Assembly: GCA_964016885.1 (NCBI GenBank)
Contig: OZ024742.1
Span: forward strand, 368,776,001-368,840,000
DNA: 64,000 nucleotides
Reading direction: 5' to 3'
From: Eledone cirrhosa
Taxonomy: Eukaryota
Positions within the stretch are counted from its first letter, which is position 1. Each line of letters begins with the position of its first letter. A model generated the notes under the pieces. The model saw only the letters and a program-made list of their open reading frames with translations, was not told the DNA's origin and made no database searches. Shown here piece by piece: positions 12,401-27,400 of the stretch. Position numbers and translations under genes: made by a program.

Positions 12401-15400
12401 AACCCTTTGATTACCATATTTCTAATGAAAGACACTGTCTTTGTGATTAACCCTTTCATTGCCATATTTCTAATGAAAGACACCGTCAATGTCATTAACC
12501 CTTTCATTACCATATTTCTAATGAAAGACACTGTTTATATCATTAACCCTTTGATTACCATATTTCTAATGAAAGACACTGTCTATGTCATTAACCCTTT
12601 GATTACCATATTTCTAATGAAAGACACTATATCATTAACCCTTTCATTGGCATATTTCTAATGAAAGACACTGTCTATGTCATTAACCCTTTCATTACCA
12701 TATTTCTAATGAAAGACACTATGTCATTAACACTTTCATTACCATATTTCTAATGAAAGACACTGTTTATATCATTAACCCTTTCATTACCATATTTCTA
12801 ATGAAAGACACTGTTTATATTAACCCTTTCATTACAATACTTCTAATGAAAGACACTGTTTATGTCATTAACCCTTTCATTACCATATTTCTAATGAAAG
12901 ACACTGTTTATGTCATTAACCCTTTCATTACCATATTTCTAATGAAAGACACTGTCTATATTAACCCTTTCATTACCATATTTCTAATGAAAGACACTGT
13001 CTATATTAACCCTTTCATTACCATATTTCTAATGAAAGACACTGTTTATGTCATTAACCCTTTCATTACCATATTTCAAATGAAAGACACTGACTATATC
13101 ATTAACCCTTTCATTACCATATTTCTAATGAAAGACACTGTCTAACCCTTTCATTACAATATTTCTAATGAAAGACACTGTCTAACCCTTTCATTACCAT
13201 ATGTCTAATGAAAGACACTGTTTATGTCATTAACCCTTTCATTAGCATATTTCTAATGAAATACACTGTCTATGTCATTAACCCTTTCATTACCATATTT
13301 CTAATGAAAGACACTGTCTATATCATTAACCCTTTCATTACCATATTTCTAATGAAAGACACTGTTTATATCATTAACCCTTACATTACCATATTTCTAA
13401 TGAAAGACACTGTCTATGTCATTAACCCTTTCATTACCATATTCTAATGAAAGACACTGTTTATGTCATTAACCCTTTCATTAGCATATTTCTAATGAAA
13501 GACACTGTTTATGTCATTAACCCTTTCATTAGCATATTTCTAATGAAAGTCACTGTCTAACCCTTTCATTACCATATTTCTAATGAAAGACACTGTCTAT
13601 GTCATTAACCCTTTCATTACCATATTTCTAATGAAAGACACTGTCTATGTCATTAACACTTTCATTACCATATTTCAAATGAAAGACACTGTCTATGTCA
13701 TTAACCCTTTCATTACTATATTTCTAATGAAAGACACTGTCTATGTCATTAACCCTTTCATTACCATATTTCTAATGAAAGACACTGTCTATGTCATTAA
13801 CCCTTTCATTACCATATTTCTAATGAAAGACACTGTTTATATCATTAACCCTTTCATTACAATATTTCTAATGAAAGACACTGTCTAACCCTTTCATTAC
13901 CGTATTTCTAATGAAAGACACTGTCTAACCCTTTCATTACAATATTTTTAATGAAAGACACTGTTTATGTCATTAACCCTTTCATTAGCATATTTCTAAT
14001 GAAAGACACTGTCTTTGTGATTAACCCTTTCATTACCATATTTCTAATGAAAGACACTGTCAATGTCATTAACCCTTTCATTACCATATTTCTAATGAAA
14101 GACACTGTTTATGTCATTAACCCTTTCATTAGCATATTTCTAATGAAAGACACTGTTTATGTCATTAACCCTTTCATTAGCATATTTCTAATGAAAGACA
14201 CTGTCTAACCCTTTCATTACCATATTTCTAATGAAAGACACTGTCTATGTCATTAACCCTTTCATTACCATATTTCTAATGAAAGACACTGTCTATCTCA
14301 TTAACCCTTTCATTACCATATTTCTAATGAAAGACATTGTCTACGTCATTAACCCTTTCATTACCATATTTCGAATGAAAGACACTGTCTATGTCATTAA
14401 CCTTTTCATTACCATATTTCGAATGAAAGACACTGTCTATGTCATTAACCCTTTCATTACCATATTTCTAATGAAAGACACTATGTCATTAACCCTTTCA
14501 TTACCATATCTCTAATGAAAGACACTGTTTATGTCATTAACCCTTTCATTACCATATTTCTAATGAAAGACACTGTTTATGTCATTAACCCTTTCATTAC
14601 CATATTTCTAATGAAAGACACTGTTTATGTCATTAACCCTTTCATTACCATATTTTTAATGAAAGACACTGTCTATATTAACCCTTTCATTACCATATTT
14701 CTAATGAAAGACACTGTCTAACCCTTTCATTACCACATTTCTAATGAAAGACACTCTCTATGTCATTAACCTTTTCATTACCATATTTCTAATGAAAGAC
14801 TATGTTTATATCATTAACCCTTTCATTACCATATTTCTAATGAAAGACACTGTCTATGTCATTAACCCTTTCATTATCATATTCTAATGAAAGACACTGT
14901 TTATGTCATTAACCCTTTCATTAGCATATTTCTAATGAAAGACACTGTTTATGTCATTAACCCTTTCATTAGCATATTTCTAATGAAAGTCACTATCTAA
15001 CCCTTTCATTACCATATTTCTAATGAAAGACACTGTCTATGTCATTAACCCTTTCATTACCATATTTCTAATGAAAGACACTGTCTATGTCATTAACCCT
15101 TTCATTACCATATTTCAAATGAAAGACACTGTCTATGTCATTAACCCTTTCATTACCATATTTCGAACGAAAGACGCTGTCTATGTCATTAACCCTTTCA
15201 TTACTATATTTCTAATGAAAGACAGTCTATGTCATTAACCCTTTCATTACCATATTTCTAATGAAAGACACTGTCTATGTCATTAACCCTTTCATTACCA
15301 TATTTCTAATGAAAGACACTGTTTATATCATTAACCCTTTCATTACAATATTTCTAATTAAAGACACTGTCTAACCCTTTCATTACCGTATTTCTAATGA

Positions 15401-18400
15401 AAGACACTGTCTAACCCTTTCATTACAATATTTTTAATGAAAGACACTATTTATGTCATTAACCCTTTCATTAGCATATTTCTAATGAAAGACACTGTCT
15501 TTGTCATTAACCCTTTCATTACCATATTTCTAATGAAAGACACCGTCAATGTCATTAACCCTTTCATTACCATATTCTAATGAAAGACACTGTTTATGTC
15601 ATTAACCCTTTCATTAGCATATTTCTAATGAAAGACACTGTTTATGTCATTAACCCTTTCATTAGCATATTTCTAATGAAAGTCTCTGTCTAACCCTTTC
15701 ATTACCATATTTCTAATGAAAGACACTGTCTATGTCATTAACCCTTTCATTACCATATTTCTAATGAAAGACACTGTCTATGTCATTAACCCTTTCATTA
15801 CCATATTTCTAATGAAAGACACTTTATATCATTAACCCTTTCATTACAATATTTCTAATGAAAGACACTGTCTAACCTTTTCATTACAATATTTTTAATG
15901 AAAGACACTGTCTATGTCATTAACCTTTTCATTACCATATTTCTAATGAAAGACACTGTCTAACCCTTTCATTACCATATTTCTAATGAAAGACACTGTC
16001 TATGTCATTTACCCTTTCATTACCATATTCTAATGAAAGACACTGTTTATGTCATTAACCCTTTCATTAGCATATTTCTAATGAAAGACACTGTTTATGT
16101 CATTAACCCTTTCATTAGCATATTTCTAATGAAAGTCACTGTCTAACCCTTTCATTACCATATTTCTAATGAAAGACACTGTCTATGTCATTAACCCTTT
16201 CATTACCATATTTCTAATGAAAGACACTGTCTATGTCATTAACACTTTCATTACCATATTTCAAATGAAAGACACTGTCTATGTCATTAACCCTTTCATT
16301 ACCATATTTCTAATGAAAGACGCTGTCTATGTCATTAACCCTTTCATTACTATATTTCTAATGAAAGACACTGTCTATGTCATTAACCCTTTCATTACCA
16401 TATTTCTAATGAAAGACACTGTCTATGTCATTAACCCTTTCATTACCATATTTCTAATGAAAGACACTGTTTAAATCATTAACCCTTTCATTACAATATT
16501 TCTAATGAAAGACACTGTCTAACCCTTTCATTACCGTATTTCTAATGAAAGACACTGTCTAACCCTTTCATTACAATATTTTTAATGAAAGACACTGTTT
16601 ATATCATTAACCCTTTGATTACCATATTTCTAATGAAAGACACTGTCTTTGTGATTAACCCTTTCATTGCCATATTTCTAATGAAAGACACCGTCAATGT
16701 CATTAACCCTTTCATTACCATATTTCTAATGAAAGACACTGTTTATATCATTAACCCTTTGATTACCATATTTCTAATGAAAGACACTGTCTATGTCATT
16801 AACCCTTTGATTACCATATTTCTAATGAAAGACACTATATCATTAACCCTTTCATTGGCATATTTCTAATGAAAGACACTGTCTATGTCATTAACCCTTT
16901 CATTACCATATTTCTAATGAAAGACACTGTTTATGTCATTAACCCTTTCATTACCATATTTCTAATGAAAGACACTGTTTATGTCATTAACCCTTTCATT
17001 ACCATATTTCTAATGAAAGACACTGTGTATGTCATTAACCCTTTCATCACCATATTTCTAATGGAAGACACTGTTTATGTCATTAACCCTTTCATTACCA
17101 TATTTCGAATGAAAGACACTGTTTGTCATTAACCCTTTCATTACCATATTTCTAATGAAAGACACTGTCTATGCCATTAACCCTTTCATTACCATATTTC
17201 TAATGAAAGACACTGTTTATGTCATTAACCCTTTCATTACCATATTTCTAATGAAAGACACTGTTTACGTCATTAACCATTTCATTACCATATTTCTAAT
17301 GAAAGACACTGTGTATGTCATTAACCCTTTCATTACCATATTTCTAATGAAAGACACTGTTTAAGTCATTAACCCTTTCATTACCATATTTCTAATGAAA
17401 GACACTGTTTATGTCATTAACCCTTTCATTAGCATATTTCTAATGAAAGACACTGTCTTTGTCATTAACCCTTTCATTACCATATTTCTAATGAAAGACA
17501 CTGTCTATGTCATTAACCCTTTCATTACCATATTTCTAATGAAAGACACTGTTTATATCATTAACCCTTTCATTACCATATTTCTAATGAAAGACACTGT
17601 CTATGTCATTAACCCTTTCATTACAATATTTCAAATGAAAGACACTGTCTATGTCATTAACCCTTTCGTTACCATATTTCTAATGAAAGACACTGTCTAT
17701 GTCATTAACCCTTTTATTACCATATTTCTAATGAAAGACACTGTCTATGTCATTAACCCTTTCATTACCATATTTCTACTGAAAGACACTGTCTAACCCT
17801 TTCATTACCGTATTTCTAATGAAAGACACTGTCGAACCCTTTCATTACAATATTATTAATGAAAGACACCGTCAATGTCATTAACCCTTTCATTACCATA
17901 TTTCTAATGAAAGACACTGTTTATATCATTAACCCTTTCATTACCATATTTCTAATGAAAGACACTGTCTATGTCATTAACCCTTTGATTACCATATTTC
18001 TAATGAAAGACACTGTCTATGTCATTAACCCTTTCATTACCATATTTCTAATGAAAGACACTGTGTATGTCATTAACCCTTTCATTACCATATTTCTAAT
18101 GAAAGACACTGTTTATGTCATTAACCCTTTCATTACCATATTTCTAATGAAAGACACTATGTCATTAACCCTTTCATTACCATATTTCTAATGAAAGACA
18201 CTGTTTATGTCATTAACCCTTTCATTACCATATTTCTAATGAAAGACACTGTCTATGTCATTAACCTTTTCATTACCATATTTCGAATGAAAGACACTGT
18301 CTATGTCATTAACCTTTTCATTACCATATTTCTAATGAAAGACACTATATCTTTAACCCTTTCATTGCCATATTTCTAATGAAAGACACTGTTTATTTCA

Positions 18401-21400
18401 TTAACTCTTTCATTACCATATTTCTAATGAAAGACACTGTTTATGTCATTAACCCTTTCATTACCATATTTCTAATGAAAGACACTGTTTATGTCATTAA
18501 CCCTTTCATTACCATATTTTTAATGAAAGACACTGTCTATATTAACCCTTTCATTACCATATTTCTAATGAAAGACACTGTCTAACCCTTTCATTACCAT
18601 ATTTCTAATGAAAGACACTGTCTATGTCATTAACCTTTTCATTACCATATTTCTAATGAAAGACACTGTTTATATCATTAACCCTTTCATTACCATAATT
18701 CTAATGAAAGACACTGTCTATGTCATTAACCCTTTCATTACCATATTTCTAATGAAAGACACTATGTCATTAACACTTTCATTACCATATTTCCAATGAA
18801 AGACACTGTTTATGTCATTAACCCTTTCATTACCATATTTCTAATGAAAGACACTATGTCATTAACCCTTTCATTACCATATTTCTAATGAAAGACACTG
18901 TTTATGTCATTAACCCATTCATTACCATATTTCTAATGAAAGACACTGTTTATGTCATTAACCCTTTCATTACCATATTTCTAATGAAAGACATTGTTTA
19001 TGTCATTAACCCTTTCATTACCATATTTCTAATGAAAGACACTGTTTATGTCATTAACCCTTTCATTACCATATTTCTAATGAAAGACACTGTCTATATT
19101 AACCCTTTCATTACCATATTTCTAATGAAAGACACTGTCTATATTAACCCTTTCATTACCATATTTCTAATGAAAGACTCTGTTTATGTCATTAACCCTT
19201 CCATTACCATATTTCAAATGAAAGACACTGACTATATCATTAACCCTTTCATTACCATATTTCTAATGAAAGACACTGTCTAACCCTTTCATTACCATAT
19301 TTCTAATGAAAGACACTGTTTATGTCATTAACCCTTTCATTACCATATTTCTAATGAAAGACACTGTCTAACCCTTTCATTACCATATTTCTAATGAAAG
19401 ACACTTTATATCATTAACCCTTTCATTACAATATTTCTAATGAAAGACACTGTCTAACCCTTTCATTACCATATTTCTAATGAAAGTCACTGTCTAACCC
19501 TTTCATTACCATATTTCTAATGAAAGACACTGTCTATGTCATTAACCCTTTCATTACCATATTTCTAATGAAAGACACTGTCTATGTCATTAACCCTTTC
19601 ATTACCATATTTCTAATGAAAGACACTGTCTATGTCATTAACCCTTTCATTACCATATTTCTAATGAAAGACACTGTCTATGTCATTAACACTTTCATTA
19701 CCATATTTCAAATGAAAGACACTGTCTATGTCATTAACCCTTTCATTACCATATTTCTAATGAAAGACGCTGTCTATGTCATTAACCCTTTCATTACTAT
19801 ATTTCTAATGAAAGACACTGTCTATGTCATTAACCCTTTCATTACCATATTTCTAATGAAAGACACTGTCTATGTCATTAACCCTTACATTACCATATTT
19901 CTAATGAAAGACACTGTTTATATCATTAACCCTTTCATTACAATATTTCTAATGAAAGACACTGTCTAACCCTGTCATTACCATATTTCTAATGAAAGAC
20001 ACTGTCTAACCCTTTCATTACAATATTTTTAATGAAAGACACTGTTTATGTCATTAACCCTTTCATTACCATATTTCTAATGAAAGACACTGTCTTTGTG
20101 ATTAACCCTTTCATTACCATATTTCTAATGAAAGACACTGTCAATGTCATTAACCCTTTCATTACCATATTTCTAATGAAAGACACTGTTTATATCATTA
20201 ACCCTTTGATTACCATATTTCTAATGAAAGACACTGTCTATGTCATTAACCCTTTCATTACCATATTTCTAATGAAAGACACTGTCTATGTCATTAACAC
20301 TTTCATTACCATATTTCAAATGAAAGACACTGTCTATGTCATTAACCCTTTCATTACCATATTTCTAATGAAAGACGCTGTCTATGTCATTAACCCTTTC
20401 ATTACTATATTTCTAATGAAAGACACTGTCTATGTCATTAACCCTTTCATTACCATATTTCTAATGAAAGACACTATGTCATTAACACTTTCATTACCAT
20501 ATTTCTAATGAAAGACACTGTTTATGTCATTAACCCTTTCATTACCATATTTCTAATGAAAGACACTATGTCATTAACCCTTTCATTACCATATTTCTAA
20601 TGAAAGACACTGTTTATGTCATTAACCCTTTCATTACCATATTTCTAATGAAAGACACTGTTTATGTCATTAACCCTTTCATTACCATATTTCTAATGAA
20701 AGACACTGTTTATGTCATTAACCCTTTCATTAACATATTTCTAATGAAAGACACTGTCTATATTAACCCTTTCATTACCATATTTCTAATGAAAGACACT
20801 GTCTATATTAACCCTTTCATTACCATATTTCTAATGAAAGACACTGTTTATGTCATTAACCCTTTCATTAGCATATTTCTAATGAAATACACTGTCTATG
20901 TCATTAACCCTTTCATTACCATATTTCTAATGAAAGACACTGTCTATGTCATTAACCCTTTCATTACCATATTTCTAATGAAAGACTGTTTATATCATTA
21001 ACCCTTACATTACCATATTTCTAATGAAAGACACTGTTTATATCATTAACCCTTTCATTACAATATTTCTAATGAAAGACACTGTCTAACCCTTTCATTA
21101 CCGTATTTCTAATGAAAGACACTGTCTAACCCTTTCATTACAATATTTTTAATGAAAGACACTGTTTATATCATTAACCCTTTGATTACCATATTTCTAA
21201 TGAAAGACACTGTCTTTGTGATTAACCCTTTCATTGCCATATTTCTAATGAAAGACACCGTCAATGTCATTAACCCTTTCATTACCATATTTCTAATGAA
21301 AGACACTGTTTATATCATTAACCCTTTGATTACCATATTTCTAATGAAAGACACTGTCTATGTCATTAACCCTTTGATTACCATATTTCTAATGAAAGAC

Positions 21401-24400
21401 ACTATATCATTAACCCTTTCATTGGCATATTTCTAATGAAAGACACTGTCTATGTCATTAACCCTTTCATTACCATATTTCTAATGAAAGACACTATGTC
21501 ATTAACACTTTCATTACCATATTTCTAATGAAAGACACTGTTTATATCATTAACCCTTTCATTACCATATTTCTAATGAAAGACACTGTTTATATTAACC
21601 CTTTCATTACAATACTTCTAATGAAAGACACTGTTTATGTCATTAACCCTTTCATTACCATATTTCTAATGAAAGACACTGTTTATGTCATTAACCCTTT
21701 CATTACCATATTTCTAATGAAAGACACTGTCTATATTAACCCTTTCATTACCATATTTCTAATGAAAGACACTGTCTATATTAACCCTTTCATTACCATA
21801 TTTCTAATGAAAGACACTGTTTATGTCATTAACCCTTTCATTACCATATTTCAAATGAAAGACACTGACTATATCATTAACCCTTTCATTACCATATTTC
21901 TAATGAAAGACACTGTCTAACCCTTTCATTACAATATTTCTAATGAAAGACACTGTCTAACCCTTTCATTACCATATGTCTAATGAAAGACACTGTTTAT
22001 GTCATTAACCCTTTCATTAGCATATTTCTAATGAAATACACTGTCTATGTCATTAACCCTTTCATTACCATATTTCTAATGAAAGACACTGTCTATATCA
22101 TTAACCCTTTCATTACCATATTTCTAATGAAAGACACTGTTTATATCATTAACCCTTACATTACCATATTTCTAATGAAAGACACTGTCTATGTCATTAA
22201 CCCTTTCATTACCATATTCTAATGAAAGACACTGTTTATGTCATTAACCCTTTCATTAGCATATTTCTAATGAAAGACACTGTTTATGTCATTAACCCTT
22301 TCATTAGCATATTTCTAATGAAAGTCACTGTCTAACCCTTTCATTACCATATTTCTAATGAAAGACACTGTCTATGTCATTAACCCTTTCATTACCATAT
22401 TTCTAATGAAAGACACTGTCTATGTCATTAACACTTTCATTACCATATTTCAAATGAAAGACACTGTCTATGTCATTAACCCTTTCATTACTATATTTCT
22501 AATGAAAGACACTGTCTATGTCATTAACCCTTTCATTACCATATTTCTAATGAAAGACACTGTCTATGTCATTAACCCTTTCATTACCATATTTCTAATG
22601 AAAGACACTGTTTATATCATTAACCCTTTCATTACAATATTTCTAATGAAAGACACTGTCTAACCCTTTCATTACCGTATTTCTAATGAAAGACACTGTC
22701 TAACCCTTTCATTACAATATTTTTAATGAAAGACACTGTTTATGTCATTAACCCTTTCATTAGCATATTTCTAATGAAAGACACTGTCTTTGTGATTAAC
22801 CCTTTCATTACCATATTTCTAATGAAAGACACTGTCAATGTCATTAACCCTTTCATTACCATATTTCTAATGAAAGACACTGTTTATGTCATTAACCCTT
22901 TCATTAGCATATTTCTAATGAAAGACACTGTTTATGTCATTAACCCTTTCATTAGCATATTTCTAATGAAAGACACTGTCTAACCCTTTCATTACCATAT
23001 TTCTAATGAAAGACACTGTCTAACCCTTTCATTACAATATTTTTAATGAAAGACACTATTTATGTCATTAACCCTTTCATTAGCATATTTCTAATGAAAG
23101 ACACTGTCTTTGTCATTAACCCTTTCATTACCATATTTCTAATGAAAGACACCGTCAATGTCATTAACCCTTTCATTACCATATTCTAATGAAAGACACT
23201 GTTTATGTCATTAACCCTTTCATTAGCATATTTCTAATGAAAGACACTGTTTATGTCATTAACCCTTTCATTAGCATATTTCTAATGAAAGTCTCTGTCT
23301 AACCCTTTCATTACCATATTTCTAATGAAAGACACTGTCTATGTCATTAACCCTTTCATTACCATATTTCTAATGAAAGACACTGTCTATGTCATTAACC
23401 CTTTCATTACCATATTTCTAATGAAAGACACTTTATATCATTAACCCTTTCATTACAATATTTCTAATGAAAGACACTGTCTAACCTTTTCATTACAATA
23501 TTTTTAATGAAAGACACTGTCTATGTCATTAACCTTTTCATTACCATATTTCTAATGAAAGACACTGTCTAACCCTTTCATTACCATATTTCTAATGAAA
23601 GACACTGTCTATGTCATTTACCCTTTCATTACCATATTCTAATGAAAGACACTGTTTATGTCATTAACCCTTTCATTAGCATATTTCTAATGAAAGACAC
23701 TGTTTATGTCATTAACCCTTTCATTAGCATATTTCTAATGAAAGTCACTGTCTAACCCTTTCATTACCATATTTCTAATGAAAGACACTGTCTATGTCAT
23801 TAACCCTTTCATTACCATATTTCTAATGAAAGACACTGTCTATGTCATTAACACTTTCATTACCATATTTCAAATGAAAGACACTGTCTATGTCATTAAC
23901 CCTTTCATTACCATATTTCTAATGAAAGACGCTGTCTATGTCATTAACCCTTTCATTACTATATTTCTAATGAAAGACACTGTCTATGTCATTAACCCTT
24001 TCATTACCATATTTCTAATGAAAGACACTGTCTATGTCATTAACCCTTTCATTACCATATTTCTAATGAAAGACACTGTTTAAATCATTAACCCTTTCAT
24101 TACAATATTTCTAATGAAAGACACTGTCTAACCCTTTCATTACCGTATTTCTAATGAAAGACACTGTCTAACCCTTTCGTTACAATATTTTTAATGAAAG
24201 ACACTGTTTATGTCATTAACCCTTTCATTAGCATATTTCTAATGAAAGACACTGTCTTTGTGATTAACCCTTTCATTACCATATTTCTAATGAAAGACAC
24301 TGTTTATATCATTAACCCTTTGATTACCATACTTCTAATGAAAGACACTGTCTATGTCATTAACCCTTTGATTACCATATTTCTAATGAAAGACACTATA

Positions 24401-27400
24401 TCATTAACCTTTTCATTGCCATATTTCTAATGAAAGACACTGTCTATGTCATTAACCCTTTCATTACCATATTTCTAATGAAAGACACTATGTCATTAAC
24501 ACTTTCATTACCATATTTCTAATGAAAGACACTATGTCATTAACCCTTTCATTACCATATTTCTAATGAAAGACACTGTTTATGTCATTAACCCTTTCAT
24601 TACCATATTTCTAATGAAAGACACTGTCTATATTAACCCTTTCATTACCATATTTCTAATGAAGGACACTGTTTATGTCATTAACCCTTTCATTACCATA
24701 TTTCTAATGAAAGACACTGTCTATATTAACCCTTTCATTACCATATTTCTAATGAAAGACACTGTTTATGTCATTAACCCTTTCATTAGCATATTTCTAA
24801 TGAAATACACTGTCTATGTCATTAACCCTTTCAGTAGCATATTTCTAATGAAAGACACTGTCTATGTCATTAATTACCATATTTCTAATGAAAGACACTG
24901 TTTATATCATTAAGCCTTACATTACCATATTTCTAATGAAAGACACTGTCTATGTCATTAACCCTTTGATTACCATATTTCTAATGAAAGACACTGTCTA
25001 TGTCATTAACCCTTTCATTACCATATTTCTAATGAAAGACACTGTGTATGTCATTAACCCTTTCATTACCATATTTCTAATGAAAGACACTGTTTATGTC
25101 ATTAACCCTTTCATTACCATATTTCTAATGAAAGACACTATGTCATTAACCCTTTCATTACCATATTTCTAATGAAAGACACTGTTTATGTCATTAACCC
25201 TTTCATTACCATATTTCTAATGAAAGACACTGTCTATGTCATTAACCTTTTCATTACCATATTTCGAATGAAAGACACTGTCTATGTCATTAACCTTTTC
25301 ATTACCATATTTCTAATGAAAGACACTATATCTTTAACCCTTTCATTGCCATATTTCTAATGAAAGACACTGTTTATTTCATTAACTCTTTCATTACCAT
25401 ATTTCTAATGAAAGACACTGTTTATGTCATTAACCCTTTCATTACCATATTTCTAATGAAAGACACTGTTTATGTCATTAACCCTTTCATTACCATATTT
25501 TTAATGAAAGACACTGTCTATATTAACCCTTTCATTACCATATTTCTAATGAAAGACACTGTCTAACCCTTTCATTACCATATTTCTAATGAAAGACACT
25601 GTCTATGTCATTAACCTTTTCATTACCATATTTCTAATGAAAGACACTGTTTATATCATTAACCCTTTCATTACCATAATTCTAATGAAAGACACTGTCT
25701 ATGTCATTAACCCTTTCATTACCATATTTCTAATGAAAGACACTATGTCATTAACACTTTCATTACCATATTTCCAATGAAAGACACTGTTTATGTCATT
25801 AACCCTTTCATTACCATATTTCTAATGAAAGACACTATGTCATTAACCCTTTCATTACCATATTTCTAATGAAAGACACTGTTTATGTCATTAACCCATT
25901 CATTACCATATTTCTAATGAAAGACACTGTTTATGTCATTAACCCTTTCATTACCATATTTCTAATGAAAGACATTGTTTATGTCATTAACCCTTTCATT
26001 ACCATATTTCTAATGAAAGACACTGTTTATGTCATTAACCCTTTCATTACCATATTTCTAATGAAAGACACTGTCTATATTAACCCTTTCATTACCATAT
26101 TTCTAATGAAAGACACTGTCTATATTAACCCTTTCATTACCATATTTCTAATGAAAGACTCTGTTTATGTCATTAACCCTTCCATTACCATATTTCAAAT
26201 GAAAGACACTGACTATATCATTAACCCTTTCATTACCATATTTCTAATGAAAGACACTGTCTAACCCTTTCATTACCATATTTCTAATGAAAGACACTGT
26301 TTATGTCATTAACCCTTTCATTACCATATTTCTAATGAAAGACACTGTCTAACCCTTTCATTACCATATTTCTAATGAAAGACACTTTATATCATTAACC
26401 CTTTCATTACAATATTTCTAATGAAAGACACTGTCTAACCCTTTCATTACCATATTTCTAATGAAAGTCACTGTCTAACCCTTTCATTACCATATTTCTA
26501 ATGAAAGACACTGTCTATGTCATTAACCCTTTCATTACCATATTTCTAATGAAAGACACTGTCTATGTCATTAACCCTTTCATTACCATATTTCTAATGA
26601 AAGACACTGTCTATGTCATTAACCCTTTCATTACCATATTTCTAATGAAAGACACTATGTCATTAACCCTTTCATTACCATATTTCTAATGAAAGACACT
26701 GTTTATGTCATTAACCCTTTCATTACCATATTTCTAATGAAAGACACTGTTTATGTCATTAACCCTTTCATTACCATATTTCTAATGAAAGACACTGTTT
26801 ATGTCATTAACCCTTTCATTAACATATTTCTAATGAAAGACACTGTCTATATTAACCCTTTCATTACCATATTTCTAATGAAAGACACTGTCTATATTAA
26901 CCCTTTCATTACCATATTTCTAATGAAAGACACTGTTTATGTCATTAACCCTTTCATTAGCATATTTCTAATGAAATACACTGTCTATGTCATTAACCCT
27001 TTCATTACCATATTTCTAATGAAAGACACTGTCTATGTCATTAACCCTTTCATTACCATATTTCTAATGAAAGACACTGTTTATATCATTAACCCTTACA
27101 TTACCATATTTCTAATGAAAGACACTGTTTATATCATTAACCCTTTCATTACAATATTTCTAATGAAAGACACTGTCTAACCCTTTCATTACCGTATTTC
27201 TAATGAAAGACACTGTCTAACCCTTTCATTACAATATTTTTAATGAAAGACACTGTTTATATCATTAACCCTTTGATTACCATATTTCTAATGAAAGACA
27301 CTGTCTTTGTGATTAACCCTTTCATTGCCATATTTCTAATGAAAGACACCGTCAATGTCATTAACCCTTTCATTACCATATTTCTAATGAAAGACACTGT

